The translations under genes and the position numbers were made by a program. A stretch of 63,892 nt of DNA, the filler included, from an uncultured Acidimicrobiia bacterium (lineage in GTDB: Bacteria; Actinomycetota; Acidimicrobiia; Spongiisociales; JAOTWH01), in the NCBI GenBank assembly GCA_964347285.1. It is 4 parts of 4 records of this genome, joined end to end, with 100 filler letters (N's around TTAATTAATTAA, not from the genome) between each part and the next. Parts side by side here need not be neighbours in the genome. Positions count along the whole stretch, not along the records: positions 1 to 19,625 come from CAYFYE010000046.1; 3 more parts are not named here. One strand, 5' to 3'. The number at the start of each line of letters is the position of its first letter. Within the stretch, counting starts at the first letter, position 1. Shown one piece after another: positions 1 to 10,567 of the stretch. A model generated the notes under the pieces. The model searched no databases and was not told the DNA's origin. It was given only the letters and a program-made list of their open reading frames with translations.

Positions 1-100
1 TGAGCAGGATGATGGCCACGCCGAGATTGGGAACGAGGTCGTAGAGCAGCGCCAGTGTGCCGCCCAGGAAATCCAGCAACCCGTTCCAGATCGAACTCAT
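1..100 (-). CDS. yidC: Membrane protein insertase YidC, N-terminal part (runs off window)
   Basis: Manual translation from ATG 100: [37 protein letters not shown] overlap with yidD stop; canonical rpmH-rnpA-yidD-yidC order. Confidence 0.85.
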   Translation of the reverse strand, partial: MSSIWNGLLDFLGGTLALLYDLVPNLGVAIILL

Positions 101-360
101 GGCCGCTCCACCGCACGTCTCGGTACCGGGTCGTACCCTCCCTCATGGAACGGGTGGCAGCGCCCCAGGCGCCGCAAGCCCAGCCACACTCCTCGAATGA
201 ACCCGAACCGTCCTATCGCCTCATAGGTGTATTGAGAGCAGGTCGGGAGATACCGACAGCGGTTGCCCAGGACCGGCGACAAGGCCCTCTGGTAGAGGCG
301 GATCAGGCCGAGGGCCCACCAGGCCGCCTGGTGAGGACGGGGTTTCCTTTCCTCGGTCAA
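97..360 (-). CDS. yidD: Membrane protein insertion efficiency factor YidD
   Basis: [10 protein letters not shown] and [14 protein letters not shown] motifs; synteny. Confidence 0.95.
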   Translation of the reverse strand: MTEERKPRPHQAAWWALGLIRLYQRALSPVLGNRCRYLPTCSQYTYEAIGRFGFIRGVWLGLRRLGRCHPFHEGGYDPVPRRAVERP

Positions 361-788
361 CTCGTGCTCTCCTCGGTTTCGGTGATGGCCTCAAAAGCCT
401 CTGTGAGCCACCGCTGTAGGCGGTCGAACCCGACTTCGTTCACTTCCGCGGCGGCCACGACCACGCAGTCCATGCCCTGAGGCACCGGCAGCGCGGCCAG
501 CGCTTCCCGCAACCTGCGGCGGGCACGGTTGCGCTCCACCGCCGTGCCGACACGCCGACCGGCGATCACGCCCACCCGGGACGGACCCGGAGCACTTGCC
601 CGGGCGATCAGCGTGACCCCGCCGACCCGCCGACGTACCCCCTCCCGGAAGACTCCCTCGAACCGGGCCCGGCCCCGAAGTGCGGTATAGGGCCGTCCTT
701 CAGACCGCGAGGCGCTTCCGTCCCTTCCGGCGACGTCGCTTGATGATGGCGCGGCCGGCTCGGGTGCGCATGCGCGCTCGAAAACCAT
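357..788 (-). CDS. rnpA: Ribonuclease P protein component (start uncertain; overlaps rpmH)
   Basis: RNR motif [16 protein letters not shown]; lies between rpmH and yidD. Confidence 0.9.
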   Translation of the reverse strand: MVFERACAPEPAAPSSSDVAGRDGSASRSEGRPYTALRGRARFEGVFREGVRRRVGGVTLIARASAPGPSRVGVIAGRRVGTAVERNRARRRLREALAALPVPQGMDCVVVAAAEVNEVGFDRLQRWLTEAFEAITETEESTS

Positions 789-834
789 GGACCTTGTGGC
801 GGCGCCGCACGTTCGGTTGGTAGGTGCGCTTCAT
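700..834 (-). CDS. rpmH: 50S ribosomal protein L34 (not in ORF track)
   Basis: Manual translation [44 protein letters not shown]. Confidence 0.98.
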   Translation of the reverse strand: MKRTYQPNVRRRHKVHGFRARMRTRAGRAIIKRRRRKGRKRLAV

Positions 835-1223
835 GGGGAGTCCCCGGTCGGGGGCTGCGGTTGTTTTCAGGTTACGGAGGCCCCCCAGCTATGTCAAAGA
901 AAGTCCTGGCCGGCGCGCCAGACGACTCGGCCGTCGGGGAACGTGGACAGAACGCGAAACATTCTCTTCTTGGGCCGCGGCCCAGATCTGTGATCACGGG
1001 GGTCCGCACACGCCCAGTGCCTGGCGGAAATCCCTTGCCCGACCGAGAGATTTCGGAATCAAGGGTGGGAGGCTGCCCCAGATAGGGCGCGTTTTGGCGT
1101 TCTTGTGGCGCCTGAACCTCGGCCATATACTCGCTCCTCCCCGACGGCACTTGCACTTCCCCCGGAGGGCAGGATTTGGTCGGCACCAGGGGGAAGCCCC
1201 GGCGTCGGCCGGCACAAATACCG

Positions 1224-1255
1224 TTTTCCACACCTGTGGGCAGGGGTGTGGAAAA
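1224..1255. promoter_or_regulatory. DnaA-box cluster upstream of dnaA
   Basis: TTTTCCACA 1224-1232 (+), TGTGGGCAG 1235-1243 (degenerate, -), TGTGGAAAA 1247-1255 (-); two match TTWTNCACA exactly. Confidence 0.8.
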
Positions 1256-1266
1256 GGAAGGAAACG

Positions 1267-2655
1267 TTGAGACCGGCGGTGGAGCCGCAGAGGAAGCCTC
1301 GCCAGTGGGGAGAATTCCGCAAGATCCTCCGTAGTCGCGTCACGCCGGTGACTTGGCAGACGTGGCTTGAGCCTCTCGAGGTCGAACACACCGATGAGGG
1401 ATCGGTGCGGCTGATCGCGCCCAGCGAATTCCACCTCCGCTGGGTCCGCGAGAAGTACATCGATGCAATCGAGCAAGCCGCGGCCGCCTCGTACGGCGAG
1501 GAAATCGTCATCCACCTCGACGCAAGCACCGAGCCGCTCCTCGATGCGTTCGAGGACGGGGAGGAAGAAGTCGTCGATGATCGGTTGGCGAGCGACGCCC
1601 CCACTGCCATGGGCGAGCTAGACGATTACGGGACTCTCGTGCCCAAATATCAGTTCGAGAATTTCGTGGTCGGCCCCTCCAATCGTTTTGCCCATGCCGC
1701 GGCAATGGCCGTCGCCGAGCGGCCCGGCCGTCACTACAACCCGCTGTTCATTTACGGCCATGCCGGGCTCGGCAAGACGCACCTCCTGCATGCAGTTGGA
1801 CATCAATCTCGCGATCTCTACCCGACCATGCCGGTGCGGTACATCACCTCGGAGCGGTTCTTCAATCACTTCATCGATTGCATCCGGCGCAAGCGCATGG
1901 ACGAATTCAAGAACGTCTATCGAAGCACTGCCGTGCTTCTCCTCGACGATGTCCAGTTCTTCGAGGGGAAGGAGCAGATCCTGGAGGAGTTCTTCCACAC
2001 CTTCAATGCCCTCCACGAGGCCGGGAAGCAAGTAGTTATCAGCTCGGATCGGCACCCTAAGCACCTCTCCACCCTCGAGGACAGGCTCCGAAGCCGCTTC
2101 GAGTGGGGTCTCCTCACCGACATCCAGCCTCCCGACGTGGAGACCCGCTTGGCCATCCTGCGCCGCAACGCCGAGTTCGCTCCCCGAGCCGTTCCCGAGG
2201 CCGTCCTCGAGTTCATTGCCCAGCACGTATCGACGAACATCCGGGAGCTGGAAGGAGCCCTCACCCGGGTGACTGCCTATGCCGCCCTGACCGGCCAGGG
2301 GATCGACCTGGCCATGGCCCAGGACGTCCTACAAGACCTCGTCGAGCAATCTACTGAGACCCGGCCCATCACGGTTGACGAGATCATCGCTGTCACGTCT
2401 GCCTCTTTCGGTGTCTCTACCACCGATCTCCTCGGCCCGAGCCGGAAACAGCCTCTGGCGCGAGCTCGTCAAGTTGCCATGTACCTGTGTCGGGAACTTA
2501 CCGACCTCTCGCTACCAAAGATCGGACGCGAATTCGGGGGCCGAGATCACACCACGGTCTTGCACGGAATCGACAAAGTGAAGCAGATCATGCAGAGTGA
2601 CAAGCGGGTCTTCGACCAGGTCACGGCCCTATCCCAAAGCCTGCGGAGAACGTGA
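1267..2655 (+). CDS. dnaA: Chromosomal replication initiator DnaA (start placed at TTG 1267 after AGGAAGG)
   Basis: YNPLFIYGHAGLGKTHLL, LLLDDVQF, NIRELEGAL, FGGRDHTTVLH. Confidence 0.98.
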   Translation: MRPAVEPQRKPRQWGEFRKILRSRVTPVTWQTWLEPLEVEHTDEGSVRLIAPSEFHLRWVREKYIDAIEQAAAASYGEEIVIHLDASTEPLLDAFEDGEEEVVDDRLASDAPTAMGELDDYGTLVPKYQFENFVVGPSNRFAHAAAMAVAERPGRHYNPLFIYGHAGLGKTHLLHAVGHQSRDLYPTMPVRYITSERFFNHFIDCIRRKRMDEFKNVYRSTAVLLLDDVQFFEGKEQILEEFFHTFNALHEAGKQVVISSDRHPKHLSTLEDRLRSRFEWGLLTDIQPPDVETRLAILRRNAEFAPRAVPEAVLEFIAQHVSTNIRELEGALTRVTAYAALTGQGIDLAMAQDVLQDLVEQSTETRPITVDEIIAVTSASFGVSTTDLLGPSRKQPLARARQVAMYLCRELTDLSLPKIGREFGGRDHTTVLHGIDKVKQIMQSDKRVFDQVTALSQSLRRT

Positions 2656-2842
2656 TTCTTGTCCCCAGTTCCCGGTTTGGTTTCAGCTTCCCTGTGGAAG
2701 GCACCTCAGGTGTCCCCACTCCTGTCCCCATCCACTTTGCCGTTGCATGCAGGGCCTTTCCCCCCTTGCTCCCAATGTCCCCAGGGCCTACTACTACTAC
2801 TCCAGATCAAACGAATCTCTCAGTAATGGAAAGCGGGGGATT
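2656..2842. other. oriC: oriC unwinding region between dnaA and dnaN
   Basis: Four NTGTCCCCA DnaA-box-like motifs; the last (2775-2783) is followed by GGGCC and TACTACTACTAC DnaA-trios (2789-2800). Confidence 0.85.
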
Positions 2843-3919
2843 GTGAGATTTCGCGCCGAACGGGAAGATCTCGCCGACGCCCTGGGGCGGGCCTCGCGAG
2901 CAGTGAGCACACGCTCGCCGTTGGATATCTTGCAAGGGGTCTTGTGCGAGGTCGAGGGGTCGAGGTTGAAGGTCACCGGTACGGATTTGGAGTTCACGGT
3001 GAGGACCACGCTCGAGGTGGAGGTCATGGAGGGGGGGCGAACGGTCGTGCCTGCTCGGCTAGCGGCCGAGGCGGTGCGCAAACTCCCAGCCGGGGCGGTC
3101 ACGATGGGTGCCGAGGAGGGTGTGGTGACGATCAGGGGGAGCGGACCCGAATTCGCGTTGCGGGAGTTGAGTGTCGAGGACTTTCCGGCAGTGGGGGTGG
3201 AGGAGGAAATGGACGGAGCCGCGATGGATGGTGACACCCTTGTGAGTGCAGTCAATCAAGTGGGCGTGGCTGCCTCCGGCGATGAGGCGCGGCCGATATT
3301 GACGGGGATCTTTTTCGAGGAAGAGGCGGGAAGCTTGCGGCTGGTGGCTACCGACTCCTATCGATTGGCGGTGCGCGATGTTCCTGGGGTGGTTCCCCAG
3401 AACGGGCTCGTGCCAGTACGGGCGTTGCGGGAACTCGGGCGGACCGTGGGGGCTCCCAAAGTGACGGGAGCCATCGGAGAGCGGACCGCTTCATTCGCTT
3501 CAGAGCGAGGAACCATGTGGGTTCGACTCATTGAGGGGACCTTCCCCAATTACCGCCAACTCCTACCCGAGGCTTACTCCGGGAGGCTGCTGGTGGGGAA
3601 GGAGGCCCTGCTCGAGGCGGTGGGTCGAGCGGCGCTCGTGGCCGAGGATCACATCCCCCTGAGGCTGGCCTTGGTATCCGAAGGCGTCGACCTGAGCGTG
3701 CAACGCCAGGAGGTGGGCGGCGAGAGCGAGCATGTAGACGGCACCTACGAGGGCGAGGACATGACCATCGCCTTCAACCCTCGATACCTGGCGGACGGGG
3801 TGTCGATGGTGGAGGACCAAGAGGTTGTTCTCGACGTGGTGGATCCACTCAAGCCGGGACTGATTCGCGGCGCCGAAACAGAAACCTTCAGGTACCTGTT
3901 GATGCCGGTCCGGCTGTGA
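2843..3919 (+). CDS. dnaN: DNA polymerase III beta clamp (GTG start 2843)
   Basis: ATDSYRLA, LIEGTFPNY, IAFNPRYL, YLLMPVRL. Confidence 0.97.
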   Translation: MRFRAEREDLADALGRASRAVSTRSPLDILQGVLCEVEGSRLKVTGTDLEFTVRTTLEVEVMEGGRTVVPARLAAEAVRKLPAGAVTMGAEEGVVTIRGSGPEFALRELSVEDFPAVGVEEEMDGAAMDGDTLVSAVNQVGVAASGDEARPILTGIFFEEEAGSLRLVATDSYRLAVRDVPGVVPQNGLVPVRALRELGRTVGAPKVTGAIGERTASFASERGTMWVRLIEGTFPNYRQLLPEAYSGRLLVGKEALLEAVGRAALVAEDHIPLRLALVSEGVDLSVQRQEVGGESEHVDGTYEGEDMTIAFNPRYLADGVSMVEDQEVVLDVVDPLKPGLIRGAETETFRYLLMPVRL

Positions 3920-3922
3920 GCC

Positions 3923-5020
3923 ATGCGCCTCCGGTGGCTCGAGGCTGAACAGTTTCGCTCCTACGCCGATCTCCGCTTCGAGCCCGATCCTGCCGTCAAC
4001 ATCCTCATCGGTGAGAACGGGGCCGGCAAGAGCAATCTGATCGAGGCGGTGTCGTATTTGGCGCGCCTCCGATCCTTCCGGCGCGCTCCCGACGACGCCC
4101 TGATCGCTATCGGCGCAGCCGGCGCGGTGGTGCGGGGCGAGTTCACCAACGGGGGCTCCACGGCTCTCGTGGAGGCCGAGCTGCCCCGCAGTGGGCGCCG
4201 CCGGATCTTGCTGAACGGGAAGAGGCCCCGCCGCCACGCCGATGTCTCGATGCTCATACCCACCATCACTTTTCTTCCAGACGACCTGGCCTTGGTCAAA
4301 GGGGGGCCGAGTTACCGCAGGGAGTATCTCGACGAGGTGGCCGCTCTTCTGTCCCCAGTTGCTGCCGGGGAACAGGAGGAGTACGCCCGACTCTTGCGGC
4401 AGCGGAATTCGGTGCTCCGTCAGCAGGGGAGACAAGCCGATGAGGAGGCGTTGGAGGTTTGGGAGGCGGGGCTGGCCCGAACGGGAGCGGCGATTCTGCG
4501 GAGACGCCTAGGAACCGCCCGTCGGCTTATTCCCGTCCTGGATGCCGTCTACCGCGAGATCGGTCCCGGCGGCAAGGAGGTCCGGTGGCGGTACACGAAC
4601 GCCGGGCTCGGGGAACTCGCCGGCCTCAAGGCTCCCGACGACGCTGACGCGCTGTTGATGGCCCGGCTACGGGCGGCCCGACACCTCGACATGGACCGAC
4701 GCGTCACTACTGTCGGTCCCCATCGGGACGAAGCGTCACTGCTACTGGAAGGGAGCGATGCCCGGACACTGGCCAGTCAGGGCGAACAGCGGACTCTGGC
4801 CGTGGGACTGCGCCTGGCTTCCTTTGACCATGTCCTCGAGCAAACCGGCGAGCGCCCCATGCTCTTGCTCGACGACGTGTTTTCCGAGCTGGATTCGAAA
4901 CGGGCCTCGGGCGTGGTCCGCCGGCTTCCGCATACACAGGTGTTCGTAACCACTGCTCAGGAGGATTCGGTTCCCGTCGAAGGTCGGACCTGGCATGTCG
5001 GGACGGGGGGCGTCCGGTGA
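3923..5020 (+). CDS. recF: DNA replication/repair protein RecF
   Basis: GENGAGKSN, GPHRDE, SQGEQR, LLLDDVFSELD. Confidence 0.97.
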   Translation: MRLRWLEAEQFRSYADLRFEPDPAVNILIGENGAGKSNLIEAVSYLARLRSFRRAPDDALIAIGAAGAVVRGEFTNGGSTALVEAELPRSGRRRILLNGKRPRRHADVSMLIPTITFLPDDLALVKGGPSYRREYLDEVAALLSPVAAGEQEEYARLLRQRNSVLRQQGRQADEEALEVWEAGLARTGAAILRRRLGTARRLIPVLDAVYREIGPGGKEVRWRYTNAGLGELAGLKAPDDADALLMARLRAARHLDMDRRVTTVGPHRDEASLLLEGSDARTLASQGEQRTLAVGLRLASFDHVLEQTGERPMLLLDDVFSELDSKRASGVVRRLPHTQVFVTTAQEDSVPVEGRTWHVGTGGVR

Positions 5021-5319
5021 ATGAGCCTCGACCTCTGGACGAAGCCCTCGATAAGGTGCTCGGCGACCTCGGGGTGGCCCGCCCCCTCGACACCGTCGAG
5101 CTGATGGCTCACTGGGACGAGCTGGTGGGAGAGCCCTGGGCGGGGCGATCCCGACCGGTTGTCCTGGAGCAAGGGGTGCTGGTGATCGAGGTCACCGACC
5201 CGATCGCTGCCTCGTTGCTGCGTTACCGCCGGGAGGCCCTGATCTCCCATCTGGCGGACCATTTGGGTGCCGGTCTGGTGACCTCGGTGCAACTGCGGCG
5301 GGCTCGGCCGCAGCCCTGA
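5017..5319 (+). CDS. dciA: DciA/DUF721 family protein
   Basis: W..LVGE...SRPV.LE.GVL.I pattern; located between recF and gyrB. Confidence 0.85.
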   Translation: MNEPRPLDEALDKVLGDLGVARPLDTVELMAHWDELVGEPWAGRSRPVVLEQGVLVIEVTDPIAASLLRYRREALISHLADHLGAGLVTSVQLRRARPQP

Positions 5320-5448
5320 ATGGCGCTACTTGTAGCAGTCTCTGTGACCGCGGAGAGAGGTCTAAGCCTCTAAGGGTGGGTCCCTTCCAGATTCGCCCTC
5401 ATCAGCACGAAAATAGGCTTCTACCAGGGGTTTTATGCACTTCGATAG

Positions 5449-7455
<2,007 letters not shown>

Positions 7456-7466
7456 ACGGCAGGTGA

Positions 7467-9902
7467 ATGATGGCTAAGAAGCAAGGCGGTGGTCGGACGG
7501 CCCGTGTCGAGATCGAACGGGAGATGCAGGACTCCTTCTTGGAGTACGCCATGTCGGTCATCGTCTCGCGGGCGCTCCCCGATGTACGCGATGGCCTCAA
7601 ACCGGTCCACCGGCGGATTCTCTATGCCATGAACGATTCAGGCATCCGGCCCGGGACTCCGTATCGCAAATGCGCCCGGGTGGTCGGCGATGTGATGGGC
7701 TGGTACCACCCGCACTCCAACGACGCCATCTACGACGCCCTGGTCCGCCTCGGTCAGGACTTCGCCTCTCGCCAGCCGCTGGTGGATCCGCAGGGCAACT
7801 TCGGCACCGTCGACGATCCCCCGGCCGCCATGCGCTACACCGAGTGTCGGCTCGCCCCGTTGGCCATGCGCCTCCTCGAGGGCATCGATGAAGACACCGT
7901 GGACTTCCAGGACAACTACTCCGGCGAGCGTCAGGAGCCGGTTGTTCTCCCGGCCCGCTTTCCCAATCTCCTGGTGAATGGCTCCACCGGCATCGCTGTC
8001 GGTATGGCCACCAACATTCCCCCTCACAACCTGTCGGAGGTCACCGACGCTGTGCTGTACGTCCTCGAGCACCCGGACGCCTCCTCCGAGGACCTGCTCC
8101 AGTTCGTAAAAGGCCCGGACTTTCCCACCGGGGCCTACATCGTGGGTGCCGGAGGGATCAAAGAGGCGATGCTCACCGGCCGAGGGTCGATCAAGATGCG
8201 TGCCGTGGCCGATGTGGCCGAGGTGCGAAAAGGCCGCACGGCCATCGTGGTCAGTGAAATCCCCTACCAAGTCTCCCGGGATCGCATCATGGAGAAGATC
8301 GCGGACCTGGTGCGGGACAAGAAGGTCACCGGTGTCGCCGACCTCCGGGACGAAAGTGATCGGGACGGCACTCGGCTGGTCATCGAGCTCAAGAAGGATG
8401 CGGTGGCCCAGGTAGTGCTCAACCAGCTTTACAAGAACACCCAGCTGCAAGAGAGCTTCGGGGTGAACATGGTGGCCCTGGTCGACGGGGTGCCGCGCAC
8501 CCTCAACCTCGCCGAGATGATCGGCTACTACACCGATCACCAGATGGAAGTGATCGAACGGCGCACATCGTTCCGATTGGAGAAAGCCGAAGCACGAGCG
8601 CACATCGTCGCCGGACTGCTCATTGCCCTCGACAACATCGACGCGGTGGTAGCACTGATCAAGGGCTCCAAGGACACTGATGCGGCTCGCCAGGCCCTCA
8701 TGAGGCAATTCGAGCTCTCCGAGGTCCAGGCGAACCACATTCTCGATATGCCGCTGCGTCGGCTCACCGCCCTGGAGACCTCGAAGCTGCGGGAGGAGGA
8801 GGCCGAGCTGGCCAAGACGATCAAGTATCTCAAGGACCTGCTCGAGAGCCCCAAGAAGCGGAGAGAGCTGATCGGCAAGGAGCTGAACGAAGTACGTGAC
8901 GAGTTTGCCACCCCGCGCAGGACCAGAGTCATCCCCGACGAGGGAGAACTGTCGCTCGAGGACTTGATCGCCGACGAAGAACTGGTGGTCACGCTGACCG
9001 CCGGAGGTTATGTGAAGGCCGTGGCCGCCTCGACGTACCGTCGCCAAGGGAGAGGCGGCAAGGGCGTCAAGGCCACCAAGCTCTCTGAAGACGACGCGAT
9101 CACCCGGGTGCTGCATACGACGGCCCACGCCTACTTGCTGTTCTTCTCGAACAAGGGGAAGGTCTACCGGCTCAAGGCTCATGAGCTGCCCCGCAAGAAT
9201 CGGGCCGCCAAAGGCGTCCTCGTCCATTCGGTGCTGCCGCTCGAATCCGAGGAGCGCATCGAGGCAGTGGTCGATACCCGCGACTATGAGTCGTACCGTT
9301 ACCTGTTGATGATCACCAGGAGCGGCCAGGTGAAGAAGACCAAGTTCTCCGAGTACGACTCCCGCAATGCGGCCCTCATCGCCATCAATCTGGCCTCCGA
9401 CGATGAGGTGGTGGCGGTGCGCGCCACCAACGGAAACAGCGACGTCTTGTTGTTCACCACGAAGGGACAGGGCATTCGGTTCTCCGAAAACGACGTGCGA
9501 GCCACCGCCAGAGACACGATGGGCGTGCGGGGGATCAAGCTGCGCCCAGAGGATGCGGTGGTTGCAGCCGCCTCAACCATCGAGAGCGACCAGGTGTTAC
9601 TGGTGACCACCAAGGGCTACGGGAAACGCACCGAGGCGAAGTTGTTTCCCAAGCAGAAGCGGGGAGGCATGGGCGTCAAGGCGATCAAGGTCACCGACGC
9701 CCGCGGGGATCTAGCGGCTGCCCTGGCGGTGCGAAAAGGAGCCGAGATCTTCGTCGTGTCATCGGACGGCGTGGTCATCCGCACCGCCGCCGATTCGGTC
9801 AGTCGGCAGAAGCGTGATGCAACGGGGGTCAAGGTCATGACGCCCGGCGAGGGGGCCTATGTGACGTCGGTTGCCCTGGTACCGCAGGAGGACGAATCCT
9901 GA
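7467..9902 (+). CDS. gyrA: DNA gyrase subunit A
   Basis: [23 protein letters not shown] (catalytic Tyr), GyrA-box QGRGGKG, C-terminal pinwheel repeats. Confidence 0.98.
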   Translation: MMAKKQGGGRTARVEIEREMQDSFLEYAMSVIVSRALPDVRDGLKPVHRRILYAMNDSGIRPGTPYRKCARVVGDVMGWYHPHSNDAIYDALVRLGQDFASRQPLVDPQGNFGTVDDPPAAMRYTECRLAPLAMRLLEGIDEDTVDFQDNYSGERQEPVVLPARFPNLLVNGSTGIAVGMATNIPPHNLSEVTDAVLYVLEHPDASSEDLLQFVKGPDFPTGAYIVGAGGIKEAMLTGRGSIKMRAVADVAEVRKGRTAIVVSEIPYQVSRDRIMEKIADLVRDKKVTGVADLRDESDRDGTRLVIELKKDAVAQVVLNQLYKNTQLQESFGVNMVALVDGVPRTLNLAEMIGYYTDHQMEVIERRTSFRLEKAEARAHIVAGLLIALDNIDAVVALIKGSKDTDAARQALMRQFELSEVQANHILDMPLRRLTALETSKLREEEAELAKTIKYLKDLLESPKKRRELIGKELNEVRDEFATPRRTRVIPDEGELSLEDLIADEELVVTLTAGGYVKAVAASTYRRQGRGGKGVKATKLSEDDAITRVLHTTAHAYLLFFSNKGKVYRLKAHELPRKNRAAKGVLVHSVLPLESEERIEAVVDTRDYESYRYLLMITRSGQVKKTKFSEYDSRNAALIAINLASDDEVVAVRATNGNSDVLLFTTKGQGIRFSENDVRATARDTMGVRGIKLRPEDAVVAAASTIESDQVLLVTTKGYGKRTEAKLFPKQKRGGMGVKAIKVTDARGDLAAALAVRKGAEIFVVSSDGVVIRTAADSVSRQKRDATGVKVMTPGEGAYVTSVALVPQEDES

Positions 9903-9974
9903 TGAGGAGAAGTGGAGGGGCTGCCGGGCCAGGGGCCCTGCGGCGGTAAACTCACACTTCCGAGGAGAAGCACC

Positions 9975-10550
9975 ATGGCACCAGTTCGACGGGTACGCAG
10001 GGTTGTTCGCCGGATCGATCCATGGACCGTGCTCAAGGTCTCCTTCGTGTTCAACGCCATCATGGCGCTTGCGTTCGTGTTGGGATCGGTGATCTTCTGG
10101 TCGATCTTCGTCAATGCCGGCGTCCCCGACAAGATCACCGATTTTGCCGAGCGGCTGACGTTGACATTCGAGGCCGACGGCGAACTCTATTTCCGCGTGG
10201 TGCTGCTACTGGCGGTGATCTGGGCCATCCTCATGACCGGCCTGGCGACCCTCGGTTCGGTCCTCTACAACCTGATCGCCGACACCGTGGGCGGCGTGGA
10301 GGTCGTGGTGCTCGAAGAGGTGATTACCACTCCGGTCACGCCTGGGGGCAATGTGGGGATTCGGCCCGCCCGCCGGCCGGCCACCCGCCGGGCGTCTCCT
10401 CCCCGGCAAGCCAGCGCCACCCCCCGACCGCCGGTACCGGCCACCGACCAGCCGGCTGCCGCCGCCACGGTCGAAGCCGCCAAGTCGGAGTCACCGCCTG
10501 CTCCGGCCGCACCGGCGCAACAAACACGGCCAGCCGACGCCACCGGCTGA
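9975..10550 (+). CDS. DUF3566 membrane protein with Pro/Ala-rich tail
   Basis: RRIDPWTVLKVS and LYNLIADTVGGVEV; typical actinobacterial position after gyrA; ATG 9975 after GAGGAG. Confidence 0.88.
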   Translation: MAPVRRVRRVVRRIDPWTVLKVSFVFNAIMALAFVLGSVIFWSIFVNAGVPDKITDFAERLTLTFEADGELYFRVVLLLAVIWAILMTGLATLGSVLYNLIADTVGGVEVVVLEEVITTPVTPGGNVGIRPARRPATRRASPPRQASATPRPPVPATDQPAAAATVEAAKSESPPAPAAPAQQTRPADATG

Positions 10551-10567
10551 CTGGAACAACGGGCCGG

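Noticed and set aside
835..1220. Short ORFs in the rpmH-dnaA spacer and the long DnaA and DnaN N-terminal extensions
   Set aside because: No coding signature; these are promoter and origin DNA
10551..10567. tRNA-Ile/tRNA-Ala expected after gyrA-DUF3566 in many actinobacteria
   Set aside because: Only 17 bp before the convergent gene; no cloverleaf or T-loop seen
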